Source of the DNA: a virus
Direction: 5' to 3' (one strand)
IMG/VR virus record: IMGVR_UViG_3300032286_001377
Coordinates: 32,001-96,000 of that record
Length of the DNA stretch: 64,000 nucleotides
Positions 18,668 through 30,100 of the stretch are shown piece by piece (position 1 is the stretch's first letter; each line of letters begins with the position of its first letter). Under the pieces are notes generated by a model. That model ran no database searches. It was given only the letters and a program-made list of their open reading frames with translations, and had not been told where the DNA came from. A program made the position numbers and the translations under genes.

Positions 18668-21600
18668 TCAGTTCCAACTATTTCCATCCATATCTTGGAG
18701 TTCGTAAGCTATACCAGCAGTAAGGTTATTAGAAATTATTTGATAAATTTCTTTTTCATCCAAGAAATTATCTTTAACTTCTTTAGGAATCCTAATTATC
18801 ACATAGCCTCCCTTAGTATAAGCCTCACCAGATGGTGGATAAACATCCCAATGTGATAGTACCCCACTTATTGAGTCTTGCAACTCACTATTTGGACGGT
18901 CACCAGTAACCCCGCCTCCTCTTAACCTTACATCGGTTAAGTCTGGGACCTGCTTATACGGATTGCTTGTAACATATACAATAGCTATCGGTAACGCAAA
19001 AGGATCAAAAATAGAAGATCTACTATCAAAGATCCTTTCATCATAAGTAAAATTCAAAACAGATGTATAAATATAATCTGAAACACGAAGTTTATCAGAT
19101 GATACACTATAGTTATTTGATCCAGAATTAGAAGTATTATTTTTATAAATAACTTTCGGCATGAGGTAAACATACAGTGGCTGATCAAAATCTATAATAT
19201 CAGAATTCAATAAAGGATTAAGGGGGATAGGATTTCCATTTACCTGTTTAACTAAATTATATTTAGAAGCGCTAACATAAGAGACTTTAATTAAAGAAGA
19301 ACCAGAAGGAACAATAGGTGTTCTAAATTGAATAATTCCAGTTTCTGAATCAATATCTTTAATATTGTACTTACTTACCTCAACCCAAGGAGAAATGGAA
19401 GATTCTCTAGTATATACATTAATTTCCTGCCTAATGACACCAGCTGTGTTGTCAAAGTTATCAGTAGGATACCAAGCGTTCATTAGTGGAGTTCTTCTCA
19501 GGCGAATTGATCTTTCATCCAGAATAACTGGAGTCTCATCGCTCACATCATAAAATCCATTACCATAAATATTGGACCAAGAAGACCTTAGATCTGATTC
19601 AGTTGTATACAATGCTGTCAAATCTTGACCCATATATTCTTTCTTCCAATCAAACCAGCTACGCTTATTTGAAATATTAATAGTTTTCCAGAAGCTGCCA
19701 CTTGAAACCGGTAATTCCCATACATCAAACTTTGAAATATCTGGATCTAAATTACCAACTCTAATTGAAGTAGAGTTATTCATCTTTACAGAAAAAATTG
19801 GATATATAGCTTTAAGAGGTAAATTAACTGGCTTAAAAAGCGTAGAAGTTTTAGGGCCTATAAAATCATTACTGTTTTTAGTGTTTCCATCAGCATCGAT
19901 AGCACACACGGAAATAAATATATTGCTAGGACCACGATCTATATATTCTAGATATAACATTGTTTTACCTAAAATCTCTTTTTTAGAAACATCGTAAAAT
20001 CCGTATATTAAACCTTCTTTTTCCAATTTATTAGATACACTTAAAGTTCCATACCTAGCATCAATTTCTGATCTAAATTTTATATTAATTGAATCTATAG
20101 AATTTAATATATCAGAAGAAGTTGGAAATCCAAAATGCGCACCACTAGAATCACATAAAAGAAGTATACCATCAGTAATATCAACTGTATTAGTATTACT
20201 TGGATATAGTCTATTAGCAAGATTCTTTAATCTAAATCCAGAACTAAGTTTGTTAACTTTAACATGCGCACCAGTTGTAGCATAATAAGAAACTGATGTA
20301 TTAGCACTAATAATGAGACCATTATTACTTAAAGAAATAGTTGAAGTAGACAAAGATTTGCCCGCATCATTCACCAATACAACTGATCCAGAAGTATATG
20401 TTAACTTTACTCTTTTATTTCTATTTGTGAAATCAAAAGATGAATCATATTTAAAAGATAACTCGTATGAACCATTACTATAGTCTGCCTTATCAAGAGA
20501 TATAGGAGAACTTAAAGTTGGACGCAAAACCTGTCCATTAGGAAATGGAGACCCTCTATCTATATTCCCCTGATAATCACAACCTATATATAGATCGGTA
20601 ATATATGAACTTGTTGATGGTAAGTTGCTAGTAGAATATTCTTTTGTAAATGGAGTAGAAACATTTATTCCTCTAAACGTATCCGTAACAGTCACCTTAG
20701 CTAAAGCCCATATATCATATGTGTCAACAACAGTAGTCGGAACATTAGATCCTGGAGTAGTAACAGTTTCCAATAGTTCACCATCAACTTGAATAGATGC
20801 AATAGAAAAACCTTCGGCATAACCGTAACCAGGTAAGCCTTTACCTCTAATCTCTATCCACATATAGCGAGCTTTGTCGGCATTTATTCCATTTAGAGAA
20901 AGCTCCACCTGACCATTAACAGCCTCTCTGTTTGGTGCAAAGTTAGTTGTTTTAAAAATATCTTGATAATTTAAATCAGAATATCCATATTGATTAATAG
21001 AAAAGTCTTTCCAAGCGACAGCACTACTTGCTTTGATGATTATTTTATGAACTTTTTTAATCTTAGAAGGAACTTTAAAGAAAATAAAATCTTCAGCTTG
21101 ATTAGGGCCGTTAAATCCAGAAAAACTTATTTTCTTATAAGTCTTAGTTCCTATCTCCGACACTAATCCAATAGTATCAGTTGCATTAATGTACTTAACT
21201 ACACTTGCAGTGCTTGGATTTCCGGCAGCCCATGCTTTAAGATCATTATATCTACTAAGATTAGAAATCTTTAATTTTTTCCAAAAGAATGCCAAAAATG
21301 ATTTAGTTTCGCTATCGACTGTTCCATCCAAATATCTTTGATTACCACTTACCTGAAACTGTTTAACTGCAGCTGCAGTCTTCGCTCCATATAAGCCATC
21401 AATTTTCACACTAATACCCAACGCTGCAGCTACAGTATACTGAATATATTTAACATACTCGTGAGACATTCCAGACTTCCAAAGTCTTGCATCTTTGTGT
21501 ATATCAATATCTCCAGAATACAAATACGCATTAAAAGAGCTCTTAGAAGAGGTTGCTTTCAACTTCAAATCATCAATTGTTGAAATAAAATCTTCACAAT

Positions 21601-24175
21601 TAATTGTCGTTCTTACATAGTGAGTACTAGAAGTTGGAGGAGTCGTAACATAGGTGACCGTTTTCCTTTTAGCTGTACCCTTCACTACCATATCAAAGTT
21701 TAAGTTAACCTTCGCATCAAGGAATGGGCTTTCCTCACTACCTACAGAGTATGAATAACTGCTATATAAATCAAAAGGATATGATTTAAAAGAACTTAAA
21801 ATGTTTAATTTATCATTTAAAACTTTTGTATTAGAAGAACTTATCGTCTTATCAATAATAGCATACGGACCAATCCCATCAGGAATAGTTAAAGTAGGTG
21901 ACTCCTTCGTTGTATATGCGAATGGTTTAATGTTATTATCATCAATTTTGAAAAGATAATAAGAACTAGCAATATTATCATTCTCACTAGAAAAATTAGA
22001 AGTGTCAATTTTAGTAGCATTAGATATCTCTACATCTGGATTAGTGACTTCAATAAAAAATTCTACCTTAGAAGTATTGAACCCAAAAACTTTATCTTTA
22101 TGATGCTCTGGAAGTACAGACGACAATCCATTTTTATAAAAAGAATCTAAAGAATTAACAGATATCAAGTCTATACCAAGTTGATCCATATTAGGAATAT
22201 CTTTAAAATATTTAGATTTTTCATCTGCAAGAAGTACATCTTGACTCATAACCCAAGATGAATTCCAATCAGAAACATAATTAAAAAGAGAACTTTTAAT
22301 ATCTTTAACTCTACTCGCACTTATTCTACAGTAAGCTGCATAAGAAGCTATATTATACAATAGCTTAAATGGACCTTCAACTATGCCTGGATAAATGTTT
22401 GCTCCAAAAGTAATACTAGAATCAGTAGACCCAACATTCTCGTCAACAACAATATCAGTTCCATCTATATTGTATATATCATTACAATAAGATAAAAGAG
22501 GAAAAGTTATAGCAATTATATTGCCCTTTACAAGCTCAGAGGCATTAGGTGACATAACAGGAATTATCAATCCAAGACTGGATGTCGAACTAGAACTAGT
22601 TCCACCTTTTATAAAAGAGTTACCGGCAGGATATCCAGTAAATTTCATATAACTTTTATATGTATTTGAACTAATAAATTTATTAGATCCAAAAATTCCA
22701 TAATAATCTTTTTCAAATAAATCAGGATCCGATCTAAGATCCCATCCACCATTTTTATTCGGATCAATTAAAACACTTGAGTCATTAATTTCCGTATAAG
22801 AACAGCGAGTAAGTGTTTTATTCAAATTTATATTAACACCGAGCAGCCCGGGATCAGCCCCATTCGATAGATCTAATAGTATTGTGCCATTATTTTTAGT
22901 GAATTCATGAATCTTTCTAGCTTGGGCAGATGTTATATTTGAAATAGGTGACCAAACAACAAAATCAAATTCATTTAAATTTAAATCATCAGAGTCTATA
23001 TCCAATTTCCAATAGCTTGCTTTTTTCTTATCCGGATTGGGACCAGATTCATTGATTGGATTTATAAATCTATATTGTGTTAAATTAAATGGAGAATTAT
23101 TTAATCTGTTAAAAACATATGGATTACAAGTAACATTCGTTTCGCCTGATTTTGAACTATATAAAACAGCAACCTTGAAAGTTTTGGCAATTATATTATG
23201 AATAGAATCGTATTCTGAACTATTATTTATTTCATTTAAATTAATAGAATTCTTAGTTCTAGCAATAAGTCTCCAGTTAAAAACCTCAAAATTTCGATTA
23301 TCATCTAAACCTTTTGCTGGAGTAACTATTTGATACCCATTTTCTACTCTTTGACCAGAGATTAAATCAGAATATTTTTGATTAATTTTTTTAACAGCAA
23401 ACTTGTTATCATTTCTATAATTAGGATCTATAACAAAAGCTTCTTCTGGAACATCCTGAAATAATTGAACAGAATTAATTGACTCCTGATAATTTATTTG
23501 CATATTAAAAGAGTTACCCCTAGCATCGCATTCAACCTTATCGTAGATAAGTTTTAATCCACTAGGAGCAGTGCCATCTAAAAGAACAATTATCCTACAT
23601 GGGAGTTCAGGTCTATTATAATTGATGCTAGTTTTAAATGGTTCTAAAAGTATTCTATATTTCCTTCTACCAGTATTAGAATCAACATAGTCGTTACCAT
23701 TTCTATCTACAACTTTTATCTTAATATTATTAAACTTTTCAGGAGTTTCATATTGCTTTAAAGAAGTAAAGGTAAACGCATAGGATACTACGGTGAAAAA
23801 TCTACTTATATAATAATTATGAACAAAATCGTTTGGATTTACAGAACCAATATCTACTGCTCCAGTTGTAGTTGCTTTACTCATAAAAATATTTGAAATA
23901 CTAACATTATCACTATTAAAAGTATAGCTACCATCAAGCGTTCTAAGAAATCCAAGCTCGTCCGCATAAGCCAAAAATGCTTCATTGTCAGACTGAACAA
24001 ATGTACTTCTATTTTCTAAAATAGTTTCTGATAAATCAACCATAACAACATTATTGGATGGAGAAATTTCTTTAGTAGAAAACCAAGATAAACCGATAGA
24101 TCCACTTGGTACCGTATTACCAATTTTAAAAGCTTTTTCTTTTAAACCTGATGTTATGTTTACAAATTTTTCCAT
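18668..24175 (-). CDS. Large baseplate/tail protein with a peptidoglycan-binding domain
   Basis: 1835 aa; PG_binding_1 signature VKYIQ...IDGLYGAKTAAAVKQFQ...DGTVDSET (~21290-21480); lies within the baseplate module. Confidence 0.7.
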   Translation of the reverse strand: MEKFVNITSGLKEKAFKIGNTVPSGSIGLSWFSTKEISPSNNVVMVDLSETILENRSTFVQSDNEAFLAYADELGFLRTLDGSYTFNSDNVSISNIFMSKATTTGAVDIGSVNPNDFVHNYYISRFFTVVSYAFTFTSLKQYETPEKFNNIKIKVVDRNGNDYVDSNTGRRKYRILLEPFKTSINYNRPELPCRIIVLLDGTAPSGLKLIYDKVECDARGNSFNMQINYQESINSVQLFQDVPEEAFVIDPNYRNDNKFAVKKINQKYSDLISGQRVENGYQIVTPAKGLDDNRNFEVFNWRLIARTKNSINLNEINNSSEYDSIHNIIAKTFKVAVLYSSKSGETNVTCNPYVFNRLNNSPFNLTQYRFINPINESGPNPDKKKASYWKLDIDSDDLNLNEFDFVVWSPISNITSAQARKIHEFTKNNGTILLDLSNGADPGLLGVNINLNKTLTRCSYTEINDSSVLIDPNKNGGWDLRSDPDLFEKDYYGIFGSNKFISSNTYKSYMKFTGYPAGNSFIKGGTSSSSTSSLGLIIPVMSPNASELVKGNIIAITFPLLSYCNDIYNIDGTDIVVDENVGSTDSSITFGANIYPGIVEGPFKLLYNIASYAAYCRISASRVKDIKSSLFNYVSDWNSSWVMSQDVLLADEKSKYFKDIPNMDQLGIDLISVNSLDSFYKNGLSSVLPEHHKDKVFGFNTSKVEFFIEVTNPDVEISNATKIDTSNFSSENDNIASSYYLFKIDDNNIKPFAYTTKESPTLTIPDGIGPYAIIDKTISSSNTKVLNDKLNILSSFKSYPFDLYSSYSYSVGSEESPFLDAKVNLNFDMVVKGTAKRKTVTYVTTPPTSSTHYVRTTINCEDFISTIDDLKLKATSSKSSFNAYLYSGDIDIHKDARLWKSGMSHEYVKYIQYTVAAALGISVKIDGLYGAKTAAAVKQFQVSGNQRYLDGTVDSETKSFLAFFWKKLKISNLSRYNDLKAWAAGNPSTASVVKYINATDTIGLVSEIGTKTYKKISFSGFNGPNQAEDFIFFKVPSKIKKVHKIIIKASSAVAWKDFSINQYGYSDLNYQDIFKTTNFAPNREAVNGQVELSLNGINADKARYMWIEIRGKGLPGYGYAEGFSIASIQVDGELLETVTTPGSNVPTTVVDTYDIWALAKVTVTDTFRGINVSTPFTKEYSTSNLPSTSSYITDLYIGCDYQGNIDRGSPFPNGQVLRPTLSSPISLDKADYSNGSYELSFKYDSSFDFTNRNKRVKLTYTSGSVVLVNDAGKSLSTSTISLSNNGLIISANTSVSYYATTGAHVKVNKLSSGFRLKNLANRLYPSNTNTVDITDGILLLCDSSGAHFGFPTSSDILNSIDSINIKFRSEIDARYGTLSVSNKLEKEGLIYGFYDVSKKEILGKTMLYLEYIDRGPSNIFISVCAIDADGNTKNSNDFIGPKTSTLFKPVNLPLKAIYPIFSVKMNNSTSIRVGNLDPDISKFDVWELPVSSGSFWKTINISNKRSWFDWKKEYMGQDLTALYTTESDLRSSWSNIYGNGFYDVSDETPVILDERSIRLRRTPLMNAWYPTDNFDNTAGVIRQEINVYTRESSISPWVEVSKYNIKDIDSETGIIQFRTPIVPSGSSLIKVSYVSASKYNLVKQVNGNPIPLNPLLNSDIIDFDQPLYVYLMPKVIYKNNTSNSGSNNYSVSSDKLRVSDYIYTSVLNFTYDERIFDSRSSIFDPFALPIAIVYVTSNPYKQVPDLTDVRLRGGGVTGDRPNSELQDSISGVLSHWDVYPPSGEAYTKGGYVIIRIPKEVKDNFLDEKEIYQIISNNLTAGIAYELQDMDGNSWN

Positions 24176-24176
24176 T

Positions 24177-27100
24177 TTATTCTTCCCCAGAATCTGGACG
24201 TATATTGCTGTAATTAACTATATAATTTGGAGTAGTTCCAAAGAGTCCCATCTGATACTGTTGTAGTCTATTTAAAGGAACCCAAGATGGAGGAATCCAA
24301 TTTGGAGTACTGTTAACCGAGTAAACATCAATGCTATTATAATGCTTAACAACAAAATTTGGAGTAGCAATAGGATTAGAATTCAACTGCGTTGCTGGCA
24401 TAAAAGCCGAAGGCAATGCTGAAGCTTCGTTCGCATAGTGTATATTGTCATATTTTTCATTCCAATAAGCTATATCACCAGTTATAGTAATGTTAGAAGC
24501 CAAAACAGTTTCCCCTAATGCAGCCAGTTTTGTCTGTATCTGGTTTGCTGTTTCATTTATTTCAACGGAAACAAACCATATTCCTGGATCACTTGCATCG
24601 CTATAGCTATTTATAGTTTCAAAAATATTAAAATATCCATTTGAGTCAGTTTGAGTATACGAGTAGCTTGCAGTGTTGAAAAGGTCATAGAGAGTTCTAG
24701 CTTTTCTATATTTGATAGCAACAGAAGCCAATAGTGGATTATCTTTCCAATAAATTTTTCCAACTATTGCAAGCTTGCTAATTCCATCTGTATCTACAGT
24801 AAATCTAAGTGGAGCCGCTTTAACTTTAAGATCAAAGGTTTTATCACGTATAATCTTATATGTTAACTGCTGAGAATAGCCTTGAGTCATACTATTGGCC
24901 GAGCTATTAGGAGTGCTGTTGGATAGCCCATTGGGTGTAGCAGAGCCGATTCCAGAAATATTAATTGTTCCACTAGAAGTTGTTGACAATATAGAACCAT
25001 TATATCTAACAGTTGTTTTAGCAAAACCATTATCATTAGTTGTCACATAAGGATCTGCTACCAAAATATCATTGCCACTAATATAGAAAGTTTGACCTGG
25101 TTTTAAGTTTCCATTTGTATCATAAGAGATAATAGATAGGTACATTAAATCATTAGAGGAATCAGTAATAAAATTGGGAGACAGATAAGCGGAGATTGAA
25201 CTGAAATTGAACTCATCTTTGGTAAGATAAACATATCCTTCACTAATTGGTGAGTCAATCTGACTTAAATTCAATCCACTATCAATAAAGTTATCCTTAT
25301 ATGAATTCTCATAAGTCACATAATAATATGAATTAGTTGAAGGCGTTGTACTAAAGTACGCTTTGGACTGGTAGTCATCTATTGAACTATTATAAACATC
25401 ATTCTCAACGTAGAATGCATCATTCACATAATAAACAACTTCATATTCTCTATCTACAACAGATGGAGTTGCCTGACTAAAAGGCGAAATAACATTCGTA
25501 CTGGAAGATAAGTTGCTAAATAACCGCTTACCAGTATATACATCAGTGACTGAAGCATTCTTGATATTTTGGTAAGACAGATAAAGAGAATTACTCTTTC
25601 GACCCAAAACTGTTTCCGTATTATAGAATGATCCATTACCTGGAGTAGATGAGTCCTCGAATACAAGATTTCTATACTCCTTACCTCCAACATTAGCGAT
25701 AATGGGTGCACCTTTTCTTGGAGAATTTGGTAGAGTTAAATCAAAGAATCTTCCATTATATGTTGCTGTCTCAGGATTAACATAAATGTATTGATCTTTT
25801 TCCTTAATATAAATCCAACCAGCATTAACGCCTAATCTATAATCATTTCGTCTAACTTCATCTGCTTCTGAATATATATCAACTTCAACATTATTTAAGT
25901 CACTATCACCCAAACTAGGAACTATACCATCTACCAGATATTCTTTAACTATTTTAATTTCTTGATCAGTTAAAACTCTTCTCCATATTGCCACGGCAGC
26001 CAATTCCATATCAGCATATCCTGAGTTGTTATAATACTGAGAGCCAATAGTCAGAGGAGTGTTACTGCTTAAAGTCCCTATAGTTGAGTCTGTAGCAGGG
26101 ACGCCCATTGTTGTATTAGCGTAAACATAGGTAGTGTCTTTTGAAACATTTCTTATACCAGTATGTGCCATTAGTGACCCAGCAACATAACCTGGGTTAG
26201 ATGCCCCTCCAGAACCACCTGCGCCTGATACGAAGTTTAGAGCAGCTACGCCAGTGTTTGCTTTAGAGAGGTAGTATCCACCAGTCGGATCCCACTTCAT
26301 AATAAAGCGTTGATCTGTTGCAGGCACTGACCAAGATCTTGCTACAGCCATAAGTGTAAATGAATCATTTAAACCGAAGTTCACAAGGTCATTATTGGGA
26401 ATAATAAAATAATCTGCCGCACCAGCGTCTGCGCCAAAAATCCAAACAGATCTACCACCATTAGCCTTAGATGGCATAACTACCATTCTACGACCAGTAG
26501 TTCCTCTATTCATAGTTACTAATTGGCCGGTATTGCAAGTAAAACTAACCTGTGCCGGATAAGTGATTGAATCAAAGTCAACATCTAAAACTGGATTACC
26601 AGCAAAAGAATCTGTATTCCAAATTTTTGCCCGATAATACTTTCCCTCAGGTCCAGCTAAGCCCGTATTAGAAGCTGCTATATAATTAAACGCAGCGTTC
26701 GAACGCAAAGACAATGCCGTACCACCAGGGTTAGCTGTTACAACAGTATCAAAAAGTGTCCAGTTTACGCCATCTAATGAAGTATAAAATTTCACGGTAT
26801 GCTGGAAAGTTGTATTGTTTATTGTGAGGGTAGCGCCAAACCACGCCTTAGTTCCAATTGGAATATTATGACCCTTAGTGGCGTAAACTAAACGAGAAGT
26901 TGTATCCGCACTAGAGGTGTAAGAGAAAAACATATTAGGACCAGGGGGTGTGCCTCCATTAAATCCTATTGAGTAGTTAGTAACCGAACTATCTACGCCC
27001 GATTGTCTCTTTCCTATAAGAGCTTTAGGACTAGCTACATATGTCTCAAAAGGTCTAATCTGCACGGCTAATGCAATATTGCCAGTAATATCAGTAGACG

Positions 27101-30100
27101 ACCCCACTGCTGATGGTATTGTGGCACCATTAGTGCCAGCTGAGATACTAGGTTGATAGAAATACCCTTTGTCCTCAACATCCAATAAGGTTGGATCAGT
27201 GTTAATCACATTGGTGCCATTAATCGTTACGACACTCTTATATATTGAATCTTCATTGAACTCAATTGTCCAATCTTTTTGCTTAGAAAAATCTGCATCA
27301 AAGACGGTAGGACCACCAATTCCGCCACGAATAATGACTCTATACAAAGAGCCATTAATTACACCGGCACCGCTGTCACGAGATCCAATTTCCAAATTAC
27401 CCGTTGATGCAGGTAACGAAACTGTTGGATTTAAAGTTGTTGTTCCAACTAATATCCAAGAATTCGGCTCTAAATCTTGACTTGAATAATTAGCATAAAA
27501 ATTAACAATACCTGTACTTCTAACTCTAGTAATTTTTATCCACTGAGTTTTTCCAGCGATGATAGCTCCACTATATGTATCTATCTCTGACCAAAAACTT
27601 CCAGTCCAATATCCAAATTTAACCTTACTAGGATCTGGATTAGCAAGAAGGACCCTATATGCTCCACTCTTTGAGAGAATGCTAACATCTGAAGTTAATG
27701 TATTTAAGTTTAATTTGAAAACTATTTCAATATCACCAGTAACATCAAGTCCATTATGATCATAAACACCTGCATAGTTGGATGTAATTCCAGGAAGATT
27801 AAGTGCACCATTTCGAATATGTGCTGAGCCAACATAAGACATAGAGCCAACCTGTGCGTCTAATACTGTGCCACCAGTACCAAGGTTGCTTATCATCTGA
27901 GCATTAAATGAAGCCGACTTAGCGTCTAGGTAGAGGACCGCATCTTTAAGTGGCGTAACCTTATGGCTCAATGAATTAGGATCTGCGGCAAAAGCTGTAT
28001 TCAAATCAGAAACAATTGCATCATTGCTATAGGTAAAAGAATCTATATAGTTAGGTGTAGTATTGAATTTAACCGAATCTACAATATAAGGAGTTGCAGC
28101 AGCTAGACCAAATGAGTTTCTATTTAAAGTAACTGTTTCTAAAAATTTATCTTCCAACAAGAATGAATTATTATATTCTTCCTCGTTCTTAAATACTCTA
28201 TTATTTTCGTCCAAGAAACCATAGAAGGTATTAGGTGCGGTTTCTGCTTCAAAATGTTCATAATTAGTTCTAACAAAAGGATATAAAACGCTATCTTTTG
28301 TATAGACATCAATATAATAAGGAGTAGATGAGAAGTTGATAGTAGCTTGATCAAAATAATCAGGACTTGCACTAACAGCTCCAGATAGATTACGAGGCTG
28401 CCATAAAATATTTGGAGAAGAAGGCACCAAATAGGTATCATCACTAATCGGATCTGTCGAATAGCCACCAGTAGCCTCAACATTTGAAGAGCTACCATAT
28501 GTAGGATATGATTTAATTTTATTAGGAGAAATAAATAAATACTGCGGAGTCGCCTTTTGATGCTTTAAAACTGTTTGCTTAACAAGTTCTTCTATTTGAA
28601 TAAGCGCATTAGAAACTCCGCCAACATTTAAAGTATTTGGAGTATTTAAAGCAATAGTGCCTTTATAAGTGTCAGAATTAAAAGACGCCTGCTTAGTTAC
28701 GTAAACATTTGAACCTAAATACAGACCCGCATTATATCTATCCAGATTAGGGGTAGACAAAGTCATCGTTGTACCAATTGTTGGATTAGATTTCCATATA
28801 GGTGTAGAACGACTAAAGTCTATCTTATAATTACCAACTGAAAGATTAGTATATGTTGGACTAACGCCTGTTGTAGTTAATGACCTTCCAAAAATAACAT
28901 TAATTGAAGCGGCCTCTGCAATATTAATGCTATTCTGCTTAGAAGTCCTTGTTGAATTGTAGTATCTCTGATTGAAAACCTTATCCCTGAATTCTAATTC
29001 AGCCAAAGTCATCCCTTGCTGATCAAATATTGGGATATAAGTGTACTCAGGGCTTGTTGGACTATTGGAAAGAAATTGATTACCTACAATAAAATCACTT
29101 CTATTATTATAGTTTAAATTTGCATAGAATGTAGATGGTGTAGCATAGTTGCCGTGGTTAGGCATGCTGATCTCATACACGACACCTGCTTGAACCTTTG
29201 ACGAATCATAATCTGCAACTGTAGCAAGATAATTGAAATACCAAGTATAATCTACTACTACTGGAGCATAAATTGTATTCGTGCTAATTGCTTTAAATCC
29301 AGAAATTTTAATGTTTCCAGAAAAAGAAACGGTTGAAGCTTCAGCTGGATATATGTCCACCATCGCATCATCAAAGTCTCCAACTCCAGGCTGATAAAAT
29401 GAACCCAATGGACTTGAAGCCTCATCATATACAGCTGGAATTCGAGAAACGCCCTCGCCATTTAACCCGGCATAATCCCAAAGTCCTTCATCCCACTTTA
29501 CATAGCCAATGTTAGATGGATATTTAAAGTTGAGATCTTCAACTAACTGTCTGAACTGCTGGGTGGGTTGTCCTGCATCAGTGAAATATGGTGTAGAGTT
29601 TTCAATATCTGATATCTCTAATATTTCTGGAGTCGCACCTGAGTAATCTGAATTTGGAGTAGCGCCATATGCTCTCCAAATGTCTAACTCTCGCCGCAGA
29701 GTACGCTTAAGAGCCTCATTTGATACCCCCGGCATATTTTTAGTTACATCTAAAATCCTTTTCTTATAATTAGAGTTAGATTCTAAATAAAGTCTTGGCA
29801 AGCTGACTCTTGCGCCAAACTCGTCAAAGTCATTAAAAATATTAATTGCTTCTTGGGTATATGAAATATCATTGACTTTAAGAGATGAAAACTGACGAAG
29901 AGTAAAAAGCTGTCTATCAACAGGACTATAATAGAAAGAATAATCGGTTGATCTACCATCCATTAGATCTGCGAAAGATCCAACCCTGGCAAGCTGGACA
30001 CTATCTCCTGATATTAAATTTATATTTTGAGGCACATTATATGCAACAAACATCCACGCAGTCATATCTTCATCTGCGCTAGCTATAAAAGAATCAATTG

